Assembly (NCBI GenBank): GCA_965248535.1
Contig: CBDFJR010000002.1
Span: forward strand, 1,728,001-1,792,000
Origin: Phormidesmis sp.
GTDB taxonomy: Bacteria; Cyanobacteriota; Cyanobacteriia; Leptolyngbyales; Leptolyngbyaceae
Reading direction: 5' to 3'
Length of the DNA stretch: 64,000 nucleotides
Position numbers and translations under genes: made by a program. Shown in pieces: positions 18,424-29,177 of the stretch. Below the pieces are notes generated by a model, which made no database searches, had not been told where the DNA came from, and worked only from the letters and a program-made list of their open reading frames with translations. Each line of letters starts with the position of its first letter. The stretch's first letter is position 1.

Positions 18424-21400
18424 ATGTTTGAAAAAAAAGACAATTCCATCCTCAATCTGGCGCTCTTGACCGCGATCGTAGCGGCATCTCAACCGTTAGC
18501 AGTCCCTTTGGTGACCTCTCCAGGGTTAGCACAAATTGCCGCTGCTGGGGTTCCGACGGCTTTTCCACTACCCACCGCCCTCCCCACCGGGACAACCGTT
18601 CGGATTGATGGCTCAAGCAGCATGGCAACCGCTAACCAGGCGCTAAAACAGCGATTTGAGACACAGTTTCCAGGCACCCGCGTCACCCTCGGCTATGACG
18701 GCACCCCTGCCGCCCTCAAAGCCGTTTTAGATGGAAAAACTGACATTGCAGCGATCGGGCGCTCTCTCACCCCCCAAGAAAAAGCCCAAGGCTTGACCGC
18801 AGTTCCGGTATCACGAGACAAAATCGCGATCGTGATCGGGGCTAACAATCCCTTTAATGGCAGCCTCACCAGTGAGCAGTTTGCCAAAATCTTTCGCGGC
18901 GAGATCACTGACTGGTCAGAAGTAGGCGGCGCTCCGGGCAAGATTCGCGTTCTTGATCGCCCTGAACTCAGTGACACTCGGCAAGCCTTTCGCGGCTACC
19001 CGGTGTTTAAAGCGGCTCCCTTCACCTCAGGCTCAACCACCACCAGACTTTCAGAAGACAGCACTGCGACCGTGATCTCGCAACTGCAAACCGATGGCAT
19101 TGGCTATGCGATCGCCAGTCAAGCACGAGAAGCCGCCGGATTGAAGGTGTTGCCCATGCACAACACCCTCCCGACTGATCCAAGATATCCCTTTTCGCAG
19201 CCGTTGGTGTATGTCTATAAAGGGTCTACTCCTAGCCCGGCGATCGCGGCCTTTTTGAGCTATGCGTCTGCGCCCGATGCGCCCCAGACTCTTCAATCTG
19301 CTCAATTTGACCCTGCCGCCCTGGCTGCCGGAAGCGCGGCTGGTGCTGGTGCGGCGGCTGCGGCGCTCAATGTCGCCCCGACTGCAACGATCGCGCCCAC
19401 CCCAAGCACACCGCCTGACAGTGGCACCACTCCACCGTTAGCGGCCACCCCCACGACACCGGCCACTGCCCCGACAAATGCTCCGACGGCTGTCGCCGAT
19501 GCTCGATCGGCTCAAGTCGATGGTGGCATTCCGCCGTGGCTTTTGTGGCTGCTGCCTCTCGGTTTGCTAGGACTATTTTTGTGGTGGTTTAAAAGTCGTC
19601 GCAGCCCGATTGCAGAGCCTGCCGAAAGCCCGATTGAGCCAGTCGTAGCTCCTAGACCCCCGATCGCGCCAGACCCGACTGTCGTTCCCCCCGCGACTGA
19701 TCTTATCGAGCCTGCTGCTGAGAATCCTAATCTGGCTGCCAGAGCCGGGTCGGTGATCAACTCAGACCGGGCCGCGATCGCCGATCAACCTGCCTCTGAA
19801 ATCAGCGATCCTCGTCTGGAAATCACTTCACCCACCGCGCCAGACTCCAGCCTGATGGGAGCCGCCCTAGCAGCCGGGGCAGGAGCCGCAGCTTGGGCTG
19901 ATCAGTCTGAGCCTTCAGACCTCACTGAGCCTCCTTTAATTTCGTCGCCCCCTGCGCCCGATGTGATCGCGTCACCATCGGCTGAATCAGCATCGGCATC
20001 CCCTATAGAAACTTCTGTCTCAGGTGAGCCGTCAACGCCCGACTCGACGCTGGTTGCGGGAGCCGCCCTAGCAGGTGGAGCAGCTTTAGGGGCAGGAGCC
20101 GCAGCTTGGACAGCCCGATCGCAAGACACCGCGCCCGACGTTTTAGCAGCGCTACCAGATGTGGCTACGAGCGAAGATTTAGAGATCGAAGCCGTGCTTT
20201 CGACCTTTGACACGATCGACCAACTAGATGCTGACCTGCCGATCGCGACCACTGACACCCCAACCGAACTTAACCTAGACGAGGCAACCTCTGCGTCAGA
20301 ATTGCCTGAAACGGGTGCTCCGATCGCTGCTGCCGGGCTAGTTGGCGGGGCTGCCCTAGCTGCGGGGGCTGCGGCTTGGATGTTGAACGATGGCGATCGG
20401 ACTCAGTTGGAGGTCGAAGCCGCCAAATTTGATGTCGGACAAACTGACCTCAGCCGCGAAACCTTAGCCACCGTTGACGAAGGATTGCCCGATTTGCCAG
20501 CAGGCTATGGAGACAGTCGAATTGTTCTGCTGCCTCGTGACCCGCAGTGGGGTTACACCTACTGGGATGTCTCCAACGAGCACAAATCTGAAGTGCGACA
20601 GCAAGGAGGACAAAGCCTAGTGCTGCGGCTCTATGATGTCACTGATATTGAGGTCAATCACCAAACCCCCCACAGCATGCAGCAGTTTGACTGCGATGAA
20701 ATGGCCCGCGATTGGTATCTTGCGATCCCGGTTAGCGATCGTGACTACCTCGTCGAAATCGGCTATCTCACCCAAGATGGGCGCTGGCTGATGTTGGCGC
20801 GATCCCTCCCGGCTCGCATTCCCCCCACTTACCCCTCCGATTGGTTTGAAGAGCAATTTGTGACGATCGACTGGCAAGAAGACCTGCGGAGTAAAACCTT
20901 TTTAGAACTCGTGCCCCCCAGCCAGCGCACCGAGGTCGTTGCTAATCCCATCTATGATCAGCTTTTTGGCATGGCCCAGTCAGCCGAGGCGCAGCGAGTC
21001 GTCGGTTCTCTATTCGGCTCTATGCAGCAGGTAGTGACCCAGCAATCGATTAGCTCGTTTGGCTTGCAGCCCGGAGTTGGCTTTGCCCTAGGAGAATTAC
21101 CCACTCTGTCAGGGATTGGTATGTCAGGTATTGGGATGTCAGGGATCGGCATGTCGGGCATCGGACTGTCGGCATCGGCTGCCCCCATCCGCCCCCGTAA
21201 CTTTTGGCTGGTCGCCGATGCAGAACTGATCGTTTATGGCGCAACCGAACCGGATGCTGAGGTGACGATCGACGGCACCCCCATCACCCTTAACCCTGAC
21301 GGCACGTTCCGGTTTCAAGTGTCGTTTCAAGATGGAGTCATCCACTACCCCATCATTGCGGTGGCCGCCGACGGTGAACAGCTACGCTCCATTCACATGA

Positions 21401-21471
21401 AATTCACTCGCGAAACGCCCCATCGCCACACAAACACTAAAAACGAAGCTCAAGACGAATGGCTTTTTTAG
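18424..21471 (+). CDS. PstS-like substrate-binding domain + TM + low-complexity linker + DUF4912 domain protein
   Basis: IDGSSS…RPELSDT PBP motifs; TM WLLWLLPLGLLGLFLWWF; LPAGYGDSRIVLLPRDPQWGYTYWD and FWLVADAELIVYGATEP. Confidence 0.85.
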   Translation: MFEKKDNSILNLALLTAIVAASQPLAVPLVTSPGLAQIAAAGVPTAFPLPTALPTGTTVRIDGSSSMATANQALKQRFETQFPGTRVTLGYDGTPAALKAVLDGKTDIAAIGRSLTPQEKAQGLTAVPVSRDKIAIVIGANNPFNGSLTSEQFAKIFRGEITDWSEVGGAPGKIRVLDRPELSDTRQAFRGYPVFKAAPFTSGSTTTRLSEDSTATVISQLQTDGIGYAIASQAREAAGLKVLPMHNTLPTDPRYPFSQPLVYVYKGSTPSPAIAAFLSYASAPDAPQTLQSAQFDPAALAAGSAAGAGAAAAALNVAPTATIAPTPSTPPDSGTTPPLAATPTTPATAPTNAPTAVADARSAQVDGGIPPWLLWLLPLGLLGLFLWWFKSRRSPIAEPAESPIEPVVAPRPPIAPDPTVVPPATDLIEPAAENPNLAARAGSVINSDRAAIADQPASEISDPRLEITSPTAPDSSLMGAALAAGAGAAAWADQSEPSDLTEPPLISSPPAPDVIASPSAESASASPIETSVSGEPSTPDSTLVAGAALAGGAALGAGAAAWTARSQDTAPDVLAALPDVATSEDLEIEAVLSTFDTIDQLDADLPIATTDTPTELNLDEATSASELPETGAPIAAAGLVGGAALAAGAAAWMLNDGDRTQLEVEAAKFDVGQTDLSRETLATVDEGLPDLPAGYGDSRIVLLPRDPQWGYTYWDVSNEHKSEVRQQGGQSLVLRLYDVTDIEVNHQTPHSMQQFDCDEMARDWYLAIPVSDRDYLVEIGYLTQDGRWLMLARSLPARIPPTYPSDWFEEQFVTIDWQEDLRSKTFLELVPPSQRTEVVANPIYDQLFGMAQSAEAQRVVGSLFGSMQQVVTQQSISSFGLQPGVGFALGELPTLSGIGMSGIGMSGIGMSGIGLSASAAPIRPRNFWLVADAELIVYGATEPDAEVTIDGTPITLNPDGTFRFQVSFQDGVIHYPIIAVAADGEQLRSIHMKFTRETPHRHTNTKNEAQDEWLF

Positions 21472-21479
21472 ACAGCAGT

Positions 21480-22418
21480 CTAAGACCAATACTTTTCTAA
21501 AAACGGCAGCATTCCCTCAGCTAACTGCTCAGGATATTCTTCATGCAACCCTAAAGAACCAGGCATCCGATGAACCTGAACTCCCGAAAAATGGGCTAAC
21601 ACCTCCACCTCAGCACGAGACTTGAGCGGCATCTGTTCCCCAATCACCATCATTACGGGCACGGGCAGTGGCTGAAACCAGTTAAACCAGTCCTGCCGCT
21701 TTTTCACAGCATCTAAAGCACCCGTCACAAAAGCAGCCGAAGCAAACCTAGCTCCTCGCTGTTGGGTTGTTTTCCATTTTTGCCGAATCAACTCTCGTGT
21801 GATGTGTTGAGACTCAGCAAATACATGGCGGCTAATCATGAACTTTAAAAATCCACGAGTTGTATTCAAGAAATAGAGTCCCTGCCCAATCACGGGTAAA
21901 TTAATCAGCGTTTGCAAGACTTTATAGAGGCGGCGATGCTCTCCCATTGCCGTCGGCAACGGCCCGCGCCAGGTCGGAGAGACCAACACGATCCACCGCC
22001 AAGGAGCCGATGTGCTGCCTCTGGCTCGACTTGCCAACTCCATCACATATCCGGCTGAGTGCCCTGCGGCAACCACCACCACAGGTTCAGAAAAGACGTT
22101 CTGAACGAAGTTTCGCAAAAAGGCTTCATAGAGGGCAGGCGTGTAGGCGATGTGAGGTCGTGACGACTCTCCAAACCCCACCCAGTCGAGCGCGATCACC
22201 TGATATTTTTGAGACAGCAGTTCTGCCAATCCGCGCATTTCGGTGCGACTAGAGACGCTGCTGAGAGCGGGCAGCAGCAAAATTGGCTTTCCCTCTCCCA
22301 AGACTTCATAAACCCCTGTGATGGGCTGGTTTTTCCAAGTCCAGTGATGTTGTCGGATGCTGCCGCCAATGCCGATCGCTGAAGAAATTGTAGTGGTCGC
22401 GGCAGAATTGTTGCTCAT
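21480..22418 (-). CDS. Alpha/beta fold hydrolase
   Basis: LLLPALSSVS, DWVGFGES, AAGH, GLHEE motifs. Confidence 0.85.
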   Translation of the reverse strand: MSNNSAATTTISSAIGIGGSIRQHHWTWKNQPITGVYEVLGEGKPILLLPALSSVSSRTEMRGLAELLSQKYQVIALDWVGFGESSRPHIAYTPALYEAFLRNFVQNVFSEPVVVVAAGHSAGYVMELASRARGSTSAPWRWIVLVSPTWRGPLPTAMGEHRRLYKVLQTLINLPVIGQGLYFLNTTRGFLKFMISRHVFAESQHITRELIRQKWKTTQQRGARFASAAFVTGALDAVKKRQDWFNWFQPLPVPVMMVIGEQMPLKSRAEVEVLAHFSGVQVHRMPGSLGLHEEYPEQLAEGMLPFLEKYWS

Positions 22419-22454
22419 TCCGGTTTCCCTCAGTCCTCAAATTTCTCAGATTAT

Positions 22455-22643
22455 CAGAAAAATGGGTCTAAAATCCTGTCCTTCTAGGACGGCTTTGCTG
22501 ATACTTTTGCTACAATAGAATCAAGTCGCCATAGGGCATTGGGAGACTATAAACGGACGTGGAGGGACGGTAAGACTACTTCGGTAGCACATCTCAGTGA
22601 AGCGTCAAGAATCATCGCTCCTTTAGGACGGTGAGTATGTCAA
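22455..22643 (+). mobile_element. Non-autonomous IS200/IS605-family miniature element (left end fused to right end; no tnpA/tnpB)
   Basis: Left hairpin CTGTCCTTCTAGGACGG; right end GAAGCGTCAAGAATCATCGCTCCTTTAGGACGGTGAGTATGTCAA with terminal TCAA; left boundary approximate. Confidence 0.75.
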
Positions 22644-22728
22644 TAGCTTACACCGTGCGATACGCGGTTCTCTAACCGTGACCAATGCAGACGGCTTATC
22701 AATGTGACCAGAGAAACCTTGAAAAACA

Positions 22729-22761
22729 AAAAGAGTCCGCAGCAACCCGCTACGGACTCTT
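22729..22761 (-). terminator. Intrinsic terminator of the PEP-CTERM gene
   Basis: AAGAGTCCG…CGGACTCTT stem with a T-rich run on the minus strand. Confidence 0.65.
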
Positions 22762-22797
22762 GACACACGACTGACTGTGACCCGTGAATGACCGACC

Positions 22798-23607
22798 TTA
22801 TCGATCGGTCTTGCGTTGACGACGCAGGAGCAGACCCGCAGCGCCCAATCCGACTAGCGACAGCGTAACCGAGGGTTCAGGAACAGGCTTGACCAGAGCC
22901 TCCAAATTCTTTTCGCCGATGTCAACCACAAAGACAGCATCGTTGAAGTCGCGATCGGAGTTCTCATTTTTGCCGCCCGTTGCACCTCTAGCCCCGTAGA
23001 GATCTTCAAACCCCAGCAACAGATACTTCTTGCCAACGCCATAGGCGACTACGTGCTGAAGCCCATCTGCATTTAAAGCCGTTTGAGTGCCAAAAACAGT
23101 TGCGTTTGCGTTGCGGTTTAAACCATCAGCACGCAAGAAGAAATCGAGTTGCGACCCCCCCTTGATTTCGCCGACTTTTACGCTGTCACCCAGTTTGAGC
23201 GCATTTCCACCCCAACCTCCTACGCAGCCAGCCCCCTCGCAAGAGATATCTTTCAACAGCAGCCCTTCGGTCTGGGTTTGCCCGGTTGATGTGAACGCTA
23301 GCTGATTTCTGTAGGCTGCCCCTTCATTGATAAAGAAAGCAGAAACGTTGTAGTCATATTTCAACCCTAGCTTGCTGGGGTCGAGTTGAAACTGCCCACT
23401 GTTAGGGATGGCAACTCGTTCTTTCTGCACAAACTGCTGATAGGGTGCATCGCTGAAGCCAGTTTGACTTTTGCCATAAATAGTGGGCTGGGGCTTATCC
23501 CAAACCGCGCTAGACGATGATAGAGCGGTGGCTGGGGCAATTTGAGAAAAGGCTCCCGTGACAGCGGCGGCTGTGATAAACAGACTAGTTGCGAGTTTGG
23601 TATTCAT
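22798..23607 (-). CDS. DUF4114 + PEP-CTERM sorting domain protein
   Basis: GFEDL…SDRDFNDAVF motif; VPEP + TM + basic tail. Confidence 0.9.
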   Translation of the reverse strand: MNTKLATSLFITAAAVTGAFSQIAPATALSSSSAVWDKPQPTIYGKSQTGFSDAPYQQFVQKERVAIPNSGQFQLDPSKLGLKYDYNVSAFFINEGAAYRNQLAFTSTGQTQTEGLLLKDISCEGAGCVGGWGGNALKLGDSVKVGEIKGGSQLDFFLRADGLNRNANATVFGTQTALNADGLQHVVAYGVGKKYLLLGFEDLYGARGATGGKNENSDRDFNDAVFVVDIGEKNLEALVKPVPEPSVTLSLVGLGAAGLLLRRQRKTDR

Positions 23608-24003
23608 AAAATTTGTAGGTGAAGTGCAGACAACCCTCTAACCAGCGCACTCTCAACTTGCTTGTATACTGAATGTGCTGTGTAGCTTTTAATACTTCTA
23701 GCAGAGTTTGTCCGCTGTCGTCATCAGCTTTGGTGATTCTTAGCCGACTCTTCACTAAAAGCCATATCCTGTCGGGTTTATACGCATTTTCTCTAGCGTG
23801 TCCTACATTAGTGTATGTGTGTTTATACTTAAACTTAAATACTTAGATGCGAATAATACGCACCTCTTTAGGCTGATTTCAATCTGCTTTGGTAGCGTTG
23901 ACTGAGTTCCATCAGGAAGGGGCCAGTAAGTTGCAGGAACCCCTTCCGTATAATGTTCTGCACCCTAGAAAAAGAGGCGGCGATCGTGCCCGCAAATCTC
24001 TGC

Positions 24004-25071
24004 CTAAGAATCGCGACGAAACAGGCGAGAATTGGCATATCGTGGGCGGCGGATGACGTGTTTGCGAACAAACTGAGGAATATCTCCGCGATGTCCCATG
24101 ACGATCACCGTGTCTCCTTCACTCAAAACTAGTGTCTGATTGGGATGAGTAATGGTGGTGCCGTCAATTTTACGCAGTGCCACAATGATAAAGGTTCCTT
24201 TGCCGCGCACTTCAACGTCTTCGATCGTTGCCCCCACCATCGGAGAGTTGTGCGCGATCGCCAGTTCATCGACTTGAATATCGACTTGTGATAACAGTTC
24301 GTTTAGACGACTGCGGCCATCGTCATTGCTGAAAAACTCCATCGTGGCAGGATGAGTGATCATGTGAGACATTCTCAGAGCACTAATCGCAGCAGGCAAC
24401 ACAACTTGATTGGCTCCTGCTAACCTGAGCTTTTTTTCAGTCGAAGGCAACTCACCACGGGCCAAAATCATTAACTTAGGGTTAAGCTCACGAGCCGTTA
24501 AAGTAATGAAAACATTGGCGGCATCATCGGGTAACACAGTAGCTAAAACTTTAGCCCGATCGATACCAGCCGTGTGCAATATTGCTTCGTCAGTGGCATT
24601 TCCGACTCGAATTAAATAACCCGACGATTCAGCCATTGCTGTGCGTTCAGCATTATTATCAATGATCACGCAGGGAATGTTAGCGTCTATCATCTTGCGA
24701 GCTAAAATTTGACCCATCCGACCAAAGCCGCAAATAATCACATGGTGTTCTAACGTTTCGATGCTGCGGGTCATTCGTCTTGCTCCTAGCGCTTTATTAA
24801 TTTCTCCTTCTGTGATCATTTGAACGAAACCGCCCACAATGTAAACGGCCGATGAGGTTCCTGCAACAATTACGAAAATTGTGAAGATTCTCAGCGTTGT
24901 ACTAGTGATTGGATGAACTTCGCCGTAGCCAACCCCAAACGTTGTGATCACGACCATATAAATGGCATCCATCAGTGACCAACCAGCCAGCATATAACCC
25001 ACTACAGCCGTGATCATCGTAGTGATAAAAAAGATTGCTCCCGTGAGAATGCGTTTCAGTGATCCTTGCAT
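24004..25071 (-). CDS. Potassium channel with TrkA-N/TrkA-C (RCK) domains
   Basis: GVGYGE pore; ICGFGRMG Rossmann motif; start taken at MQGSL. Confidence 0.92.
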   Translation of the reverse strand: MQGSLKRILTGAIFFITTMITAVVGYMLAGWSLMDAIYMVVITTFGVGYGEVHPITSTTLRIFTIFVIVAGTSSAVYIVGGFVQMITEGEINKALGARRMTRSIETLEHHVIICGFGRMGQILARKMIDANIPCVIIDNNAERTAMAESSGYLIRVGNATDEAILHTAGIDRAKVLATVLPDDAANVFITLTARELNPKLMILARGELPSTEKKLRLAGANQVVLPAAISALRMSHMITHPATMEFFSNDDGRSRLNELLSQVDIQVDELAIAHNSPMVGATIEDVEVRGKGTFIIVALRKIDGTTITHPNQTLVLSEGDTVIVMGHRGDIPQFVRKHVIRRPRYANSRLFRRDS

Positions 25072-25519
25072 GGGCGGTTGCCTTGATAAATTGTAAATAA
25101 TTGATGATGTAGTGGCTGATAAAATTAGTGTGTTTAGACAACTCAAAAGCCCTCACTTTATTCATAAACTGTTTAAGAGAGCTTTGTCTGTCTTGTTAAT
25201 ATCTTTTGTTGGTTAATAGCTGTAAGATTTTGAGTTGCCCGATCGCCCACCGTGATAGCCCTTGTGCAGTATTCAGTGGTGTGAGTTCTGAGTGTTGCCC
25301 CAAGGATTTGACCTGCGTGAATACACAGGTAAATTTGACTATTTAGACCAGATTCACCTGCTACTCTAAAGAAATCACTGACTCAAAGCCTTTGCCGGAA
25401 AATCACGAGGGGATGATTTACATCGTGATGATTCGATTAATGCTGCGACGATTAGCTGAAAATCGACGAACTTGGAAGCCTAAGACTGCTTAACTAACAT
25501 TTACAAACACTTTCTTAGC

Positions 25520-26870
25520 GGGTAATGAGCTTAATACTCAGATTCAGTATCGTCTAATTGAGCAGCTTTCAGAATCAGAAAGACGCTATTGAGAGTTGGT
25601 TGAAAACCTGCGTGAAATTGTATTCAAGTGCGATAAACTCGGCAACTTTACGCTGTTGAATAAAGCTTGGACAGCAACTTTAGGCTACAGCGTTACAAAA
25701 TGTCTCAATTGCCCGATCGCCGATTCTTTGCACGCCGAAGAACAAGATTTGTGGTTTGAGGTCTTAGATCAACTGATCAACAAGCAGGAAATCATCTGTC
25801 AGGAATTACGGTTTCATCATCAAACCGCAGAGATCGTTTGGTTAGAGTTATCAGCGCGATCAGAAGAGCCAGGAGAAATCGGGGGTTCCTTAACCAACAT
25901 CACTGATCGAAAACGAGCGCAGGCTGCTTTAAAAGAGACAAATGAAGCACTCTATAGAGCTGAACAGCTTCGGGTTGAGAACGTTGAGCGCAAACAGAAA
26001 GAGGCGATCTTGCTGGAATCTGAAAAGCAGCTAAAGCAGCAAGCCGATCAGCTAGAAACTACTTTACAAGAACTTAGACGAACTCAAACTCAACTCATCC
26101 ACGCTGAGAAAATGTCTAGTTTGGGACAGCTAGTGGCAGGTATTGCTCATGAAATTAATAACCCCGTCAATTTCATTTACGGTAATCTCACCCACGCCGA
26201 GGGTTATATTCAAGACTTGCTTAACGTGCTGAGTCTTTATCAGAAGCTCTCCCAGCCCTCAAGACGCGATTCAAGCTGCGGTGGAGAATGTTGAGCTTGA
26301 GTTTTTGCTAGAAGATCTGCCAAAGCTGATGAACTCAATGAAAGTGGGAGCCACTCGCATTCGTGAAATTGTGGTTTCGCTTCGCAACTTTTCCCGACTG
26401 GATGAGGCAGCCGTGAAGCACGTTAACATTCACGAAGGCATCGACAGCACCTTGATGATTCTGCACAATCGTCTGAAAGGCACCCAAAATCGACCGACGA
26501 TCGAGGTGATCAAAGAATACGGTGACTTGCCCCTAGTAGAGTGCTACGCCGGACAGTTGAACCAGGTGTTTATGAACTTGGTCACTCAGCTACCAGATGA
26601 TTCACGAAGGCATCGACAGCACCTTGATGATTCTGCACAATCGTCTGAAAGGCACCCAAAATCGACCGACGATCGAGGTGATCAAAGAATACGGTGACTT
26701 GCCCCTAGTAGAGTGCTACGCCGGACAGTTGAACCAGGTGTTTATGAACTTGGTCACTCAGCTACCAGATGATCGTGGAACAACATACGAGGGGAACATT
26801 GGAGTGCTACTCAGAACTAGAGAAGGGAACGGAGTTTTTGGTGAAAATTCCGACTACTCTCCGCCAGTAG
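25520..26870 (+). pseudogene. Degraded PAS sensor histidine kinase
   Basis: Premature TGA 25590-25592; H-box AHEINNP; frameshift near 26250-26280; deletion after QVFMNL removes the N/G/F boxes; tail SYQMIVEQH…GTEFLVKIP ends at TAG 26870. Confidence 0.85.
26428..26771 (+). repeat. 172-bp direct tandem duplication
   Basis: 26428-26599 matches 26600-26771 (ATTCACGAAGG…CTACCAGATG). Confidence 0.92.
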
Positions 26871-27003
26871 ATGATGCAGAAGATTTTTGGAACCAACCTG
26901 AATGTTAATTTGTCGGCAGCTATTGATTAACGGGGCAGAGCCTCGGCGAAGCGTTGCGATCAACGCCTCGTCCTTGCAGCCATCAGCTTTCAGAATTTCT
27001 AAA

Positions 27004-27294
27004 TCATTCTCCTCCAGAGGGTCGTCTAGCGTTCCAGGCGGCTCCTACTCCTGCGCCAACTCCTGCAATCATGCCTGTGGCCATTCCTTCTAGAGTTTTG
27101 GCGATCGGGTCTTGAGTCAGGCACTGATTAGTCAGCACCTTTGCCTGCAAACATTGATTACCGTCTGCCCAGCTAGCGGTTCCTCCCACTACCACGCCCG
27201 CAGCACTGCAAAGCAAGATCAACAGCAGGAAGGAACGATGTTTTTTTCTACCCATAGGTCGATGACAAATTGCGACACCATAAAGTTGATTCAC
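27004..27294 (-). CDS. Small membrane hypothetical protein (start may be MGRKK)
   Basis: Two hydrophobic Gly-rich segments, C-x9-C. Confidence 0.6.
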   Translation of the reverse strand: MNQLYGVAICHRPMGRKKHRSFLLLILLCSAAGVVVGGTASWADGNQCLQAKVLTNQCLTQDPIAKTLEGMATGMIAGVGAGVGAAWNARRPSGGE

Positions 27295-27380
27295 TCTAAC
27301 TTACCCATTTACCGGATTGGTTTGAACTCCGATCGAGCATTTAGTGTCGCAATCTTGAATCAGGAATCTCGATTCCTGAC

Positions 27381-29177
27381 TTAATCAACTCGGATATTGA
27401 ACGGCAGACGCACATACACCCCTTTGGGATCGTTCATTGCACGAAGCGAAGCGAGATCTGCCTGAATTTTTTTCAACTCGCTGGTTATGGGGTCGCTCGG
27501 CGTTGCGTTGGTTTCGTTGCCCCCCAAAAACCGCCCCAAGAGTTTCTCTTCTAGGGTGCTGGTTTTAGGATATTCTTCTAGCTGCCAATCGTCACCGAGT
27601 TTTGCCCGGTTTGCCGCTTCTCTCACGGCATCTTCTAGCCCGCCCAACTCGTCTACTAAACCCAGAGATTTTGCCTTGCTGCCTGACCAAACTCGCCCTT
27701 GGGCAATCTCTGCAACCTTTGATTTTTGGAGTTTGCGAGAGTCAGAAACTTTGGTGAGAAACTGATCATAGATTTTGTTGACCGATCGCTGCACCAGTTC
27801 CAACTCTTCGGGGGTTTTAGGACGGCTGATCGTCTGACTGTCAGCAAAGCGCCCGGTTTTAACCACGTCCCACGTCAGTCCGTTTTGGTTGGCGATCTTT
27901 TGAAAGTTGGGCTGCAACCCAAAGACCCCGATCGAGCCAGTGATCGTGTTCGGTTCGGCAAAAATGCGATCGGCGTAGGTTGAAATCCAATAGCCTCCAG
28001 AGGCTGCCACATCGCCCATCGACACCACCACGGGCTTGACCTTGCGAGTCAACACGAGTTCTCGTTGAATGATTTCGGAGGCAGTCGCGCTGCCGCCGGG
28101 GCTATTGACTCTCAGCACGACTGCTTTTACGTCGTCGTCTAGGCGCAGATCTCGGAGTTGTCGGGCCAGGCGATCGCCGCCGACTTGCCCGGCTGTGCCC
28201 TGCCCGTTGACGATTTCACCATCGGCGTAGATCACCGCCACCTGCTGCTTGGCATTGCGCTTTTTAGGGCGATCGTCGGCAATTTTGGCATAGGTCTTGA
28301 GGCTGACCTGCCGGAAGGATTTATTTTCTTCGTCTTCACCTGTTAGGGTCTTTAGCTCGGCTGATATCTCGTCAGAGTAGGCAACTTTGTCAGCCAAACC
28401 TCTCTTTTGAGCCTCTTCTGGGTTGAGAATGCCCTGACTGTCGGCAATGGACTGAAACTGCTGAACGGTCATTTTGCGATCTTTGCTGGTGGCGGCGAGA
28501 AACTCACCCCACAGGTCACCTAAAAGTTTTTCGGTTTGCTCTCGGTTGGCGGGGCTGCGCTTGGTCAGCAAATATGGCTCGACGGCTGACTTATATTTGC
28601 CCACGCGGGTGACCTGCACGCCTACGCCAAACTTCTGCAATGCGCCTGCATAAAACATACTTTCAGAACTGAGACCGTTGATCTCTAATTGCCCGATCGG
28701 GTTAATAGCGATCGTGTCTGCCACAGAAGCCAGATAATATTCGCGCTCTCGCCAATCGACATCATAGGCATAGATTTTTTTGCCTGTCGTCTTGAATTTT
28801 GCCAAGGCTTTGCGGACTTCTTTGAGCGTGGCAAAGCCAGAAGCGCTATTGCTGCTGCTGCCGTGAAGATAGAGGGCAATGATTTTGGGATCGCGGGTGG
28901 CGTGGTCGATCGTGTCTAAAACCGTGCGAAGCGTGATCGTGTCGGGTTCGTCGCCAGAGAGGGCACCACTCACAAGCTCACGAGCCGACGACGATGGGCG
29001 AGAGTCGGTAATGTTTTGAGACAAATCGAAGACCAAGACTGATTTATCCTTCACCTGCGGCCCTGTGTCTCTAGAGGCGGTTGCAATCACCAAAAATAGT
29101 AATCCTCCGACGCTCAAACCTAGAAAGATGCAAATGCCTAATAGAGTCGCAAAGGTGTGTTTGAGAAAGTCACGCAT
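27381..29177 (-). CDS. sppA: Signal peptide peptidase SppA (protease IV, long form)
   Basis: GKYKSAVEP, RVNSPGGS, AASGGYW, TGSIGV, QGRVW. Confidence 0.96.
   Translation of the reverse strand: MRDFLKHTFATLLGICIFLGLSVGGLLFLVIATASRDTGPQVKDKSVLVFDLSQNITDSRPSSSARELVSGALSGDEPDTITLRTVLDTIDHATRDPKIIALYLHGSSSNSASGFATLKEVRKALAKFKTTGKKIYAYDVDWREREYYLASVADTIAINPIGQLEINGLSSESMFYAGALQKFGVGVQVTRVGKYKSAVEPYLLTKRSPANREQTEKLLGDLWGEFLAATSKDRKMTVQQFQSIADSQGILNPEEAQKRGLADKVAYSDEISAELKTLTGEDEENKSFRQVSLKTYAKIADDRPKKRNAKQQVAVIYADGEIVNGQGTAGQVGGDRLARQLRDLRLDDDVKAVVLRVNSPGGSATASEIIQRELVLTRKVKPVVVSMGDVAASGGYWISTYADRIFAEPNTITGSIGVFGLQPNFQKIANQNGLTWDVVKTGRFADSQTISRPKTPEELELVQRSVNKIYDQFLTKVSDSRKLQKSKVAEIAQGRVWSGSKAKSLGLVDELGGLEDAVREAANRAKLGDDWQLEEYPKTSTLEEKLLGRFLGGNETNATPSDPITSELKKIQADLASLRAMNDPKGVYVRLPFNIRVD

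Noticed and set aside
22012..22026. Possible third HIP1-type micro-insertion (GTGCTGCCTCTGGCT) in the hydrolase gene
   Set aside because: Only 15 nt and the restored site (CCGATCGA) is a weak HIP1 match; needs ortholog alignment
23682..23695. GTA-N8-TAC NtcA-like box upstream of the PEP-CTERM gene
   Set aside because: No -10 at the expected ~22-nt distance; a 6-bp match is expected by chance
26597..26908. 103-aa ORF with a novel C-terminus
   Set aside because: Product of the duplication plus out-of-frame reading of the kinase tail
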